Shown piece after piece: positions 11,495 through 22,090 of a stretch of DNA of 64,000 nt. The translations under genes were made by a program, and so were the position numbers. Origin of the DNA: an uncultured Nitrososphaeraceae archaeon (GTDB taxonomy: Archaea; Thermoproteota; Nitrososphaeria; Nitrososphaerales; Nitrososphaeraceae). The notes beneath the pieces were generated by a model. It had not been told where the DNA came from, did not search any database, and saw nothing but the letters and a program-made list of their open reading frames with translations. Location of the stretch: the NCBI GenBank assembly GCA_963779615.1, contig CAVZZA010000003.1, forward strand, positions 992,001 to 1,056,000, read 5' to 3'. The stretch's first letter is position 1. Each line of letters opens with the position of its first letter.

Positions 11495-11692
11495 TGGTTG
11501 AGTCAAGGGTTGATGTTGTCAAGGATGGCTAATTATGGGATTGTCTGGAACTGAAGAGATGCCGTAAATACTCCCCCTGATTTGTTTAGTGTCAGCGTTA
11601 TGCTGTTTTTTGTAGGATAATAAACACAAAATGAAATTGCAATGTCAAATGCCCTATTTCATATAAACTGAAAACTTGACAACCTTTTATAT

Positions 11693-12778
<1,086 letters not shown>

Positions 12779-13072
12779 CACCCAACCATGATCTTGTTTG
12801 GGACTGTGCAACGGGAAACGGCCAGGCTGCAATTGGTTTGTGCAAACACTTTAAAAAAATAATAGCAAGTGACGCAAGCAAAAGCCAAATTGATAACAAA
12901 TTTGAAAGGGAAAACATAACCTAAGTATTTCCGGCTGAAAAAACAAGCTTGCCTAACAATTGCTTTGGTTTGCTGTTAAAAGGGGATAGTTTTAAAAAAA
13001 ATTCTTGATTCTGTTGCCCAATACATTCTCACCACCACCACTACCACCTTTCTGCACAGTAACATCCTGTTT

Positions 13073-15298
13073 CTAGCAGGAGGTGCTAGTTTCGACATGG
13101 CATTGTTTTGCTGTTTTAGAACTGTGTTCTCCTTCCCATTCGTAACTTTGGGTATTGTTATTTTTTCTGACAACCCAAAAATCATAGTTTCCGCCGTCAC
13201 GGTCCCCTGCGCTGTTGAGTTTTATTTTGCCTGTTAGGCCATCAAATGACTCTGCGGTTTCAAAAACAATCTCCTTAAATGGCTTGGTTACGTTTCCAAT
13301 GTTGTTATTGTTCAAGGTATCATTTTTATAGAGGCTCAGCGAGGCTACCCAATATGAGTCATAGGCTGTTGCCGGATATGATATCGAACCTGCCTCATGT
13401 AACTCCTTGTCCAGTGCTTTTTTTAGGTCCAGTGTTTTTCCTGACTCACTATCTATCGAGTACAGGGGATTAGTAAAATTGGTTTGCATCGCAAAAAGTG
13501 CCGAATCACCATTCTTTGTTACGTGGGGGTTTTGTGCTATTTTATCGGCGCCATACCATCTCACCTTTCCCAATGTCTCATAAAGGGGCGCTTGGATCAA
13601 AATGGGTGTTATCTCGTCATAGGACACCGCATATACCCCCACAGATTTGGGCCCATATTTTTTTACCGAGTCAGAGACAATGGCATCTAATTTTTTTATT
13701 TCCTGGTTCCACATCAGGAAATTGATTCGGTGCAAGCTGGTGGCAAAATTCCCTGTATGGGGTTTATAGTTGACACCCGGTTCTACCTTCCCTCCCAGTT
13801 TCTCAAATTCGGACTTGGTGGCCTCATAAAGCCCATTTCCATAGATATCTCCCCTCCAAAACGGAACAATGACCTTTATGCCGTCCTGAATCATCCTTTC
13901 GGCAATTATTTTTCCCTGGTGTGTGTCGTCTGGAACCAGTCGAAAAAGGTTGTCTCCCTCTATGGAAAGTGATGGCGAAGTGCTGGCATAGCTGATTAGT
14001 ATGATGTTGTTTCTGTCAGCATACTCCTTTACTGCTGCTACCGCAGTACTTGTTGCCGGACCTATGATGATTTTTGCGCCATTCTCATGCAGTTTTTTTA
14101 TCGCCGTCAAACTTCCTTCCGCACTTGTCTTTGAATCAGCCATAAGGAGATTAAAACGGAATGAGGAATTGGCGATGTCCTGAAAATGCTTGTTCACGTC
14201 ATATTCAGCTTTTTCTAATGCCACCTTGATGGATTTGCCTATCGAGGAAAAGGAGCCGGTATAAGTAAAGATGGCGCCAACAACAAATTCCTTTGCTCCT
14301 TCACCATTGTTTGGAGATGATGGGGAAGATGGTGACGATGAGGATGAGGAGGGGTTTTGAATGCTGGATGCCTTTTTACTGATGAAATACTTGTCATCGC
14401 TGTTGGTGAAGGCATTTGTGGAGTACAGGCCAGCAACTATCAAAAGGGATGCCATGATAAAGGAATAAAGCAACATCCTTTTGGAGGCTCGATTTCTCAT
14501 GATTGACACAATCCTGTAAACAAGGTCCTTTGACTGCCATTTGATGTGGTGCCGCAGGTAATACACAATGCCTCCCGCAATCAGCAGGTAATGCGCGGAC
14601 AACAACAGCGCGGAGATCCATAACTGCTCAACAAAGGCAGTCAGGACAACAACCGCAAACCAGCTGTCTCCCACAACTACCGACAAAAGACCAACCAGTT
14701 CGCATACCCATGGGATAAAGTGGTGCCTTTCCTTCTTTATTTCAAGGAGGATCATCAAAGCCAGAACCGTCAAAACAGAATTTAGCGCGGGGTATGCTAT
14801 TGTGACAACAAAGAGCATAAGGCCCCTGAAGCTTGACGTTTCGTTCAGGGATACAGTCAGGTACAGTATGTATGCCAAAAACAGGCCTGAGCCCAAAATC
14901 AACAGGGAAATGACTTTCTTGTCTGTGATGTGGTCCAGACTTCTGTATGTTACCACTAGCCTGTATATCAGAAACCCGTATGCGGACAGCAGGAATATAT
15001 CCGCCAGGGAAGGGACGGGGGATACGACATCAAGCGCTATCTCATAATATCCCCAGACTATGTTCGCCAGAAACCACAAGACAAGGCCAAATGTCAGGAA
15101 AATTAGTGTTTTGTCCCTTTTGATGCTGACCCTGTCCTTAAGGAGAAGAATTACGGAAAGCCCTGCCGCAACAAGGGAGTTTATTATCAGCATCCAACTT
15201 GAATAGATGATTTTGCGGCTGGGTTCAGCGGAAACAATGATAAAATTTGCCGTGATGATCGCAATAATCACCGCCAAGAAAAAATACAGGGCCTTCAA
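13073..15298 (-). CDS. Membrane protein: about 9 TM segments fused to a type I periplasmic-binding (LivJ/Peripla_BP_6-like) domain
   Basis: Hydrophobic segments with LWFLANIVWGYYE, PSLADIF, AYP, GDSWF; then VGAIFTYTG, IIGPATS, ISYASTSPSLS, LFRLVPDD, AYDS, GLTGKIKLNSAGDR. Confidence 0.85.
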   Translation of the reverse strand: MKALYFFLAVIIAIITANFIIVSAEPSRKIIYSSWMLIINSLVAAGLSVILLLKDRVSIKRDKTLIFLTFGLVLWFLANIVWGYYEIALDVVSPVPSLADIFLLSAYGFLIYRLVVTYRSLDHITDKKVISLLILGSGLFLAYILYLTVSLNETSSFRGLMLFVVTIAYPALNSVLTVLALMILLEIKKERHHFIPWVCELVGLLSVVVGDSWFAVVVLTAFVEQLWISALLLSAHYLLIAGGIVYYLRHHIKWQSKDLVYRIVSIMRNRASKRMLLYSFIMASLLIVAGLYSTNAFTNSDDKYFISKKASSIQNPSSSSSSPSSPSSPNNGEGAKEFVVGAIFTYTGSFSSIGKSIKVALEKAEYDVNKHFQDIANSSFRFNLLMADSKTSAEGSLTAIKKLHENGAKIIIGPATSTAVAAVKEYADRNNIILISYASTSPSLSIEGDNLFRLVPDDTHQGKIIAERMIQDGIKVIVPFWRGDIYGNGLYEATKSEFEKLGGKVEPGVNYKPHTGNFATSLHRINFLMWNQEIKKLDAIVSDSVKKYGPKSVGVYAVSYDEITPILIQAPLYETLGKVRWYGADKIAQNPHVTKNGDSALFAMQTNFTNPLYSIDSESGKTLDLKKALDKELHEAGSISYPATAYDSYWVASLSLYKNDTLNNNNIGNVTKPFKEIVFETAESFDGLTGKIKLNSAGDRDGGNYDFWVVRKNNNTQSYEWEGEHSSKTAKQCHVETSTSC

Positions 15299-15384
15299 TA
15301 GTTCTCTTTTTCAATGACTATTAATATGTCTTGTAAATTTTTTTGTAAATGTTATCATATGGCATGACAGAGAATGTTGTTTGC

Positions 15385-15652
15385 AGGGCACCTTGAGCCA
15401 TTCGGGATCTTTCTGAATTTTCTCTTTTAGTGTTTTTGCCTGCTGCTTTAGGTCTTCCCCATTGACATTTGCAAACTCCATGAACATCTGTAGCCTTTTG
15501 GGATACTGCCTCTTTGTTTCAGGCGCCCTCAGAGCGTAGAGAAATTGCTGCAGCGGGTCGTCATGCTCATATGCGTTACTGTTTTCCCGATACGGTGAAA
15601 AAACTCTTTCGCTGTTGTTCAATCCTGATGTTTTTGTTGTGTGGCGGGCCAA
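15385..15652 (-). pseudogene. Tyrosine integrase N-terminal remnant
   Basis: DPLQQFLYALRAPETKRQYPKRLQMFMEF resembles the N-terminus of Nitrososphaeraceae integrases; lies directly 3' of the tRNA; catalytic domain absent. Confidence 0.7.
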
Positions 15653-15673
15653 ATTTGAGAACTATTAACAATA

Positions 15674-15748
15674 TGGGCCGGGTCGGATTCGGACCAACGA
15701 CCCCCGCCACGTCAAGGCGGTATCTTAACCAGGCTAGACCACCGGCCC
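15674..15748 (-). tRNA. tRNA-Val(GAC)
   Basis: GGGCCGG acceptor stem, CCGCC-TTGACGT-GGCGG anticodon arm, GTTGG-TCCGAAT-CCGAC T arm; TATA box about 32 bp upstream. Confidence 0.95.
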
Positions 15749-16447
15749 CCTGCTATCTTCATATTTGTTCTCAAAGATCTTTATATAAAATTTGTGATTA
15801 CTAGTTTATTTTTCCTCACGATACATGAAAGTGCAGTGGTCTCCATAGCAAGTAGACTATAAGGTCGTTTTCAGCCTCCCCAATTCACAAAAAACATCTT
15901 TTGCCGAGACGGTTTATGTCTAGATCATTTGGAAAATTGATTGGCTCACAATCACAAAATAGTTAGGCCCAAAAGCATGGAGACCCGTTTTATAAAGTAC
16001 GGCAGGCATGTTCCAACACAGGGGCATTTGAAGATTACGGAAAATATTTGAAAGACAGTGTGATCAAGTTTTAACCATTGGATACCATTACCTTGAATAA
16101 TAACATATGTATCTCCCCTCAGGTACCGCAAAAGACAATGCTGTAAAATTTTAACTTGTAATTATCTGGATCCCTAATCTGGTGCACCCTTTTAACATGT
16201 GCATGGGTTCGGCCTGGGGGTGAACAGATGTAGCAGCATTTCTGTATTTGTACATTGCTGCCATATCACAACGAATGCATTTTTAACCTGGTTTTTACAG
16301 AGTGAAAAAGATGGACATGTTACTAAAACATCAACACAATAGGTCCTAGGTCTTTGCTCAAGCACACACACATGTTTGACTAAATAATGGGATGGTTACT
16401 GCTAAAAGCCACTTATGATTGGCTTTTGAACCCTGCACCCACATGGT

Positions 16448-17329
16448 TTATTCATTTAGCGAATCCCTAGCACCGAACTCATTCTTTAGCCCATACACAC
16501 TTGCGATTCTTTTTACATCCACATTGGTAATTTTGCATGACTTGTGGGCCAGTTTCAAACAATAAGGATACCCGTTTATGCAATGGTAACAAAGCATATC
16601 CATTATGTTTTTCACATCATTTTCAGACAATGAGGGATTATTGACAATTTCAATCTTTATCAAAGGAACAAAAGGTGCTAGCCTGGCATAGATTTCCACA
16701 ACGTCCAAAACCCCCGAAAGATTGGAGTTGGTGTTGATGTTAGGCAAGCTAAACCCCGGATCAGAACCCAGCTTGTTAAAGTAATATATGTCAGCGGCTT
16801 TTGAGCCACATCCCTTGAATTGATTTTTGGTATTTGAATTTTTTGAGATAAACAAAATCAAAGAATCACCATTGTTTTTATCAAACAGATTTTGGATTTT
16901 ATTTGAGTAACGGGAGCTTTTGTTATGCAGCACATTGGATATGACTGACCCATCAATGCACAAGATATCCGGCTTTTTTTCCATACCGACAACCGAACTT
17001 GACAAATCAATTTCCATAGCCATTGCTTCTGAACTAAGCGAATCTCCGCTTATTGTGTTAACCCCATAATTCCATCCGGTAGACAAAACATGGTTAAAGG
17101 AGGTGATCGCAACACAATCTATCACAAAAAGATCGATACCCTGATATGATTTCTTGTTCCAGCTGCTGTCAACACCGACTGAAAACGTTTCCGTTTTTTC
17201 TGGCGAATATTCAACCCATTGGCTAGAGGCAATTTTTAAAACATCAGGAAACGAATCATCATGTATCAAGGATAATTTTTTTTCTTTGTTTTTGATGGCG
17301 TCAAGGTAAAGATCCGACAGCAACAGCAT
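16448..17329 (-). CDS. nurA: NurA-family nuclease
   Basis: VGVDSS, CIDGS, FISKNS, GYPYCLKLAH motifs. Confidence 0.85.
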   Translation of the reverse strand: MLLLSDLYLDAIKNKEKKLSLIHDDSFPDVLKIASSQWVEYSPEKTETFSVGVDSSWNKKSYQGIDLFVIDCVAITSFNHVLSTGWNYGVNTISGDSLSSEAMAMEIDLSSSVVGMEKKPDILCIDGSVISNVLHNKSSRYSNKIQNLFDKNNGDSLILFISKNSNTKNQFKGCGSKAADIYYFNKLGSDPGFSLPNINTNSNLSGVLDVVEIYARLAPFVPLIKIEIVNNPSLSENDVKNIMDMLCYHCINGYPYCLKLAHKSCKITNVDVKRIASVYGLKNEFGARDSLNE

Positions 17330-17857
17330 TTAGACGACCCTTCAAACTTATTTATTTATCCATCTACTTGAACACCATCACCATCATATTCGGTGGGCCT
17401 GCAGCAAATAATTCCGCATTGTTTCAATCTTTTTTTGTTGAGTTGAATCTTATCCTTGCATGCAAAAAATGATGTTCGTTTTGTTGATGTGCTCTTTATT
17501 TTGTATATGTTACAGATCATGTCTGAAACACCATGGTTTTATCTATAAACCACATGTCCCAAAGAGACACTTCATCATTGTAGAGTTTTGGGACCGTTTT
17601 TTATCCGGTGTATCCAAGGCGCTGTTTAGGTGCACCGATACAACCTGCACCACAATCACAAAATATAACAAAACTACCAAAAGAATCTGATAGCTATACT
17701 CTTTCTTAAATCAGCCAGTTTATAGTCAGATTAGTTGGTTTTTTCGTGCATCCCTTAAGGAGAAAAAACACTGTTGTTGTATCTTGGCAGACAACAAACT
17801 GTTTATCATTTTTAACAAAAAAAGCGTGAAAAACAATAGTAAGTGTGAGAAAGAAGG

Positions 17858-18595
17858 CTATTTTAATGGAAAATTCAAACTAAACGGGGTGTCAGATGCC
17901 TGGGATTGTGTTCCCCGATGCAAAGAGGTTGAAACTGTTCCATTTACAACATATGATTTTGGCACAGTTTTGCCTGCGGACACACTGGAATTGGAAGGGG
18001 AATTGGTTGTGGAATTTTGGGTCAGGGTACCATTTGAATTAAGCAAAGAACTTCCGTCCTCAGACAGTGTCTGGCTATCTTTCAAGGTTATTGTTTGATT
18101 ACCTATGATTGGATAAACGGAACCGAGGGAGTCGATAAACCCTTCAGGCTTTGTGCCTATATCACCAGACGCTAATCTCACATTATCAAAATAAACACCA
18201 TAGGTCAGGGTTTCCAGAATCGCAGCACCCCTATTGGGGTTATATACATCAAATGAAAGCTGCAGTTTTGAAACATTTTTTACCGGTACAATGTCAACAG
18301 ACTTTAGCCCCACTACCAGATTGTCATAATTGGTTGAGGCTTTTTTTTGTTGTGGTTGTTGGTTTTGGTTTGGACTGTTTTTATTGGTTTCCTGGCCTGA
18401 AACGGCAATGTTTGAATTGGATGAAGGTGAAGGCTGTTTAACAGTATTGACTTTAGCACCAGTTTCGCTGTTGTTTACAGGAGAAACAGAATTTTCTGAA
18501 GGAAAAAAGCCAGAGTTAATAAAATAAAATGCGATTCCAATAATTAATATCACGATTCCAGCAGCATAGACAACCTTAGTGTTCATAAATATCAA
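17858..18595 (-). CDS. Membrane-anchored LEA_2-like beta-sandwich protein
   Basis: N-terminal TM; FDVYNPN...LETLTY.VY; S/N/Q-rich linker. Confidence 0.65.
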   Translation of the reverse strand: MIFMNTKVVYAAGIVILIIGIAFYFINSGFFPSENSVSPVNNSETGAKVNTVKQPSPSSNSNIAVSGQETNKNSPNQNQQPQQKKASTNYDNLVVGLKSVDIVPVKNVSKLQLSFDVYNPNRGAAILETLTYGVYFDNVRLASGDIGTKPEGFIDSLGSVYPIIGNQTITLKDSQTLSEDGSSLLNSNGTLTQNSTTNSPSNSSVSAGKTVPKSYVVNGTVSTSLHRGTQSQASDTPFSLNFPLK

Positions 18596-18674
18596 TTATT
18601 GTGACACGAGCCTATAAAATGGTTTAGAATAATCATTTTAAGATACAAACGGTAATCACCCTTGGGGGTACATT

Positions 18675-19493
18675 GTGGAACTGAACAGTGAGAACAACAA
18701 CTGGGATGCAGAGAACTACCACAGAGTTTCAACTGTCCAGGAATCATGGGCCACAGAGCTTTTGGAAAAAAGAAAAATTGGAGAGTATGAAGTGGTAATG
18801 GATGCCGGATGCGGAACTGGCAGGGTTACAGGAACAATAGCAAATGCCGTTAAAAAAGGCATGGTGTATGCGGTAGACATAGATGTCAACATGATAACAA
18901 AAGCTAAAGAAAACCTTAAGGATTTTTCAAACATCACATTCATTAAATCAGACATATCAGAAGTCAGGCTTCCTGAAAAAATAGATTTAGTATTCTCTAA
19001 CGCAGCAATACACTGGGTTTTAGATCACAAAAAGCTGTTTTCCAATTTCTGGGAATTGCTAAAACCAAATGGGGAGTTGTTGATTCAATGTGGGGGTAAG
19101 GGAAATTTAGAATTGGTTCGTACCATATTGGAAAAACTCAGGAAAAGCAACACATTTAAACACTTTTTTGCAGATTGGAAAAGCCCATGGAATTTTGCAT
19201 CCCCTGCAGACGTAAAAAAGACACTGAATGACACAGGATTTAACGATACTCAAGCACAGTTAAAAAAAAAGACAGCAAAGTTTGAAAACCATGAGGAATT
19301 TATGCTGTTCATGAAAACAGTTGTTATGAAACCCTATTTGGCGTATCTACCAGCAAACAACAACAACGAAACCTGGAATTCATTTATAGAGGAGTTTGTA
19401 AATGAGCTAACAAAAAACCAAAACACAGACAAGAAAGCGGATGTTGATTTAAAGTTACAGTATGTCAGATTGGATATAACTGGAAGGAAATGA
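18675..19493 (+). CDS. Class I SAM methyltransferase (trans-aconitate methyltransferase-like)
   Basis: WDAENY, MDAGCGTGR, DLVFSNAAIHWV, LKPNG. Confidence 0.9.
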   Translation: MELNSENNNWDAENYHRVSTVQESWATELLEKRKIGEYEVVMDAGCGTGRVTGTIANAVKKGMVYAVDIDVNMITKAKENLKDFSNITFIKSDISEVRLPEKIDLVFSNAAIHWVLDHKKLFSNFWELLKPNGELLIQCGGKGNLELVRTILEKLRKSNTFKHFFADWKSPWNFASPADVKKTLNDTGFNDTQAQLKKKTAKFENHEEFMLFMKTVVMKPYLAYLPANNNNETWNSFIEEFVNELTKNQNTDKKADVDLKLQYVRLDITGRK

Positions 19494-19592
19494 CGAAATC
19501 AATGATGAGAAAGAAAAACCACGGTTAACAATGGATCATCTTTTTTATCAACCCTCAACAGACAGAAAAAAAACTATTGGGAACCTAAAAAA

Positions 19593-20717
19593 TCAAAGCA
19601 TAGAGTCAGGCAATTTGTTATTCAGGTAATCTCTGACCGGGGAAATTATTTCGTTAAGGTACCGGGAGGTCGTCAGTTTGAGATCTTTGGGATGGATTTT
19701 GTTTTGCTCATAGTCTTTTTCAATTTCCATATAGGAGCGATAGGACACATTACCGCCATATTTTGATGGCCGCTCCACGATAAACTCATCATACTGATGA
19801 AAAATTATGTATTTAATTATTTCAAGAATCGGGTTATCCTTGGAAGTTCCCAACGGGCAATAAGATTTGTTTATTTTATGGCAAATATCTTGTTCGCTGT
19901 CATGGACCAAAATGCTGCTCGAGGGATTGCTCTTGCTCATTTTGCTAAAAACTTTCGAGTCATCAAAGTTCCCTTCGGTATTTGAAATATTAGTTAATGA
20001 CACATCCATGACTCCTGCTGATGACGAGGGTGGTGGTGATGGTGGTGGTAGAGCCGATATCGGGGCAGCAGGCTCAGAGAGTCCAGGCAGGAGATGGTGG
20101 TGCACAGAAACAGGAGTTTTCCAATTGAGTTTTGGGAACACCTCCCTGACCAGCATGTGAATTTTCCTTTGATCGGTTCCCGCGTGCACAATGTCTAAAT
20201 CAAGTGCTTTAATGTCCACAGATTGCATGGAGGGGTAAAGAAGTTGGGAAAAATCCAAGGCGTCTTTTTCGGTTCTTCCCATGATAGTCAAAGACCGCAG
20301 TGTTCTTGCAAGGGTAATCTGTTTTGAGAAAAGGACAAAATTTTTCCAATAGTCATCTGTTTCCGCATAAAGGCTGGTTCCAAAAATTACATTAACACCA
20401 GGGCAAAAAAAGGCAAAAGCCTTTTCATAGTATCTTGAAATTTCCGATATCAGGTCCCAGTCGTTATTTAATTTATTGTTAATATAAGTATGCCAATCGG
20501 CCAAAAAAACATGTGATTTGATGCCGGCTTTTATAAAGTCATTGATTTTAAAGCCGGTAAGGATCAAGCTTCCTAAATGCAACTTGCCGGAGATTTCCAA
20601 TCCTATATAGTGTTTAGGCGAAGATTTGGTTTCAAACAAGGTTCTCAATTCATTCATGGTAACCACCTCTTCTGTAGGGGGTCTTTGAACCAGAGATATT
20701 TTTTCCTCAACATCCAT
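19593..20717 (-). CDS. tyrS: Tyrosyl-tRNA synthetase
   Basis: YIGLEISGKLHLGS, LADWH, YPSMQSVD, GTDQRK, KMSKS, HPKDLK. Confidence 0.96.
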   Translation of the reverse strand: MDVEEKISLVQRPPTEEVVTMNELRTLFETKSSPKHYIGLEISGKLHLGSLILTGFKINDFIKAGIKSHVFLADWHTYINNKLNNDWDLISEISRYYEKAFAFFCPGVNVIFGTSLYAETDDYWKNFVLFSKQITLARTLRSLTIMGRTEKDALDFSQLLYPSMQSVDIKALDLDIVHAGTDQRKIHMLVREVFPKLNWKTPVSVHHHLLPGLSEPAAPISALPPPSPPPSSSAGVMDVSLTNISNTEGNFDDSKVFSKMSKSNPSSSILVHDSEQDICHKINKSYCPLGTSKDNPILEIIKYIIFHQYDEFIVERPSKYGGNVSYRSYMEIEKDYEQNKIHPKDLKLTTSRYLNEIISPVRDYLNNKLPDSML

Positions 20718-20776
20718 GATAAAAAAACTAATTGTTAACTGTCATTATAAATCATTTAATTTAGCATTTCAACATC

Positions 20777-21976
20777 TTACTTTATTTTCATTTTGCTTTG
20801 CTTATTCTTTGGACCAGTGATTTTTTTTGAAAAATTCTTGATCTGCTCCTCTAAAGAAAAGGACTCAGGATGCCCTGTACCGAATCTAGAAAAATCATCC
20901 AAATTGCCAGAATATGCAATGGAAGACAGTTCATCATAATTTAATCCAATAAATTTTTTCCTCAACCGATATTTTTTATCCATAGACAAATAAAGATAAT
21001 TTTCCAAAATTCCCTCTCTGAGACCAGAAGGACAGACAAGCAAATCATCAAAACCCAATTTTTCCATCAATATTTTAACCACACAACTGCCTGTAGTAAT
21101 TATTTTAGATCGTTCAGGGTCAATCAATTTTATTTGTGACAATTCTTCTTGAGAAAGTCTTTTAAAAACATCATTTGAAATATCCACCATTTTTTTAGTC
21201 ATTGTAACATGGTTATAAGAGAATGATCGGGAATTGTGAAAAATTCCGGATATAAATTTATAGATTGTCCTAACTGTTCCCCCTATTCCAACCAACTTTG
21301 TGTCTACTGGCTTATCAATACCAAAGTGGTCAGGAGTTGGAAGGTTTTTGTAAACATAATCTTCTAGCTGCCTATATCCTGTTTCTTCATCTAGTTTTTC
21401 GTTGAATTTTACAAACTTTTCAAATAGCCTCAATGCGCCAAGGTTAAGGCATATAATTTTTTTTATCTTGTAATCTTGAACATAAATTACCTCAATGCTC
21501 CCTCCACCCAAATCAAAAAATACTCCATCTGGAACATGCATGACAGATTGAGCACCAAGATATGAGAAAAAGCCTTCTTCAAATCCCGACAATACATTAA
21601 ACGCAAATCCAGAATTTTTTTTGATGGTTTGAACCACGTCCTTTTGGTTATACGCATCCCTTACCGCACTAGTGGCAATTGGAACAACAGTGTTGATTTT
21701 CATTTGTTTTGATTCGTTTTTGATCTTGTTGAGAAACTTCACAGTTCTCTCAATGTTTTGATCCTGAATTACATTTTTGTTTTTAAACAGATTATTACCA
21801 ATTTGAACATATCCTTGCTGTTGACCCTGTTTTTTATAATGACCGTTCTTGTAAATACCATAGTTAGAAACCTTGATAGAATTGTATCCGAGATCTATGA
21901 TGGAAAGACCCTCTTTCTTTTTTTTTACGCTTTTTAGATCATTATTCAATCCCGGCTCCAAATCTATAATACACAA
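20777..21976 (-). CDS. ppx: Ppx/GppA-family phosphatase
   Basis: IDLGYNS, ATSAVRDA.N, LSGFEEG, DLGGGSIE, GLREG. Confidence 0.88.
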   Translation of the reverse strand: MCIIDLEPGLNNDLKSVKKKKEGLSIIDLGYNSIKVSNYGIYKNGHYKKQGQQQGYVQIGNNLFKNKNVIQDQNIERTVKFLNKIKNESKQMKINTVVPIATSAVRDAYNQKDVVQTIKKNSGFAFNVLSGFEEGFFSYLGAQSVMHVPDGVFFDLGGGSIEVIYVQDYKIKKIICLNLGALRLFEKFVKFNEKLDEETGYRQLEDYVYKNLPTPDHFGIDKPVDTKLVGIGGTVRTIYKFISGIFHNSRSFSYNHVTMTKKMVDISNDVFKRLSQEELSQIKLIDPERSKIITTGSCVVKILMEKLGFDDLLVCPSGLREGILENYLYLSMDKKYRLRKKFIGLNYDELSSIAYSGNLDDFSRFGTGHPESFSLEEQIKNFSKKITGPKNKQSKMKIK

Positions 21977-22090
21977 AAAAACATCGATTTATTTAATTAT
22001 TTAACATAGATCATATAGAATCCACGCAATATTGCGAGTTGGTTGGTTGGTTGGTAAAGCAATAAAAAAAGGAGAGGAAAGGAAAAGAAA

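Noticed and set aside
17500-17590. Possible C/D box sRNA (ATGATGA on the minus strand)
   Set aside because: No well-placed CTGA D box found
22038-22054. (GTTG)n microsatellite
   Set aside because: Short intergenic slippage with no further support
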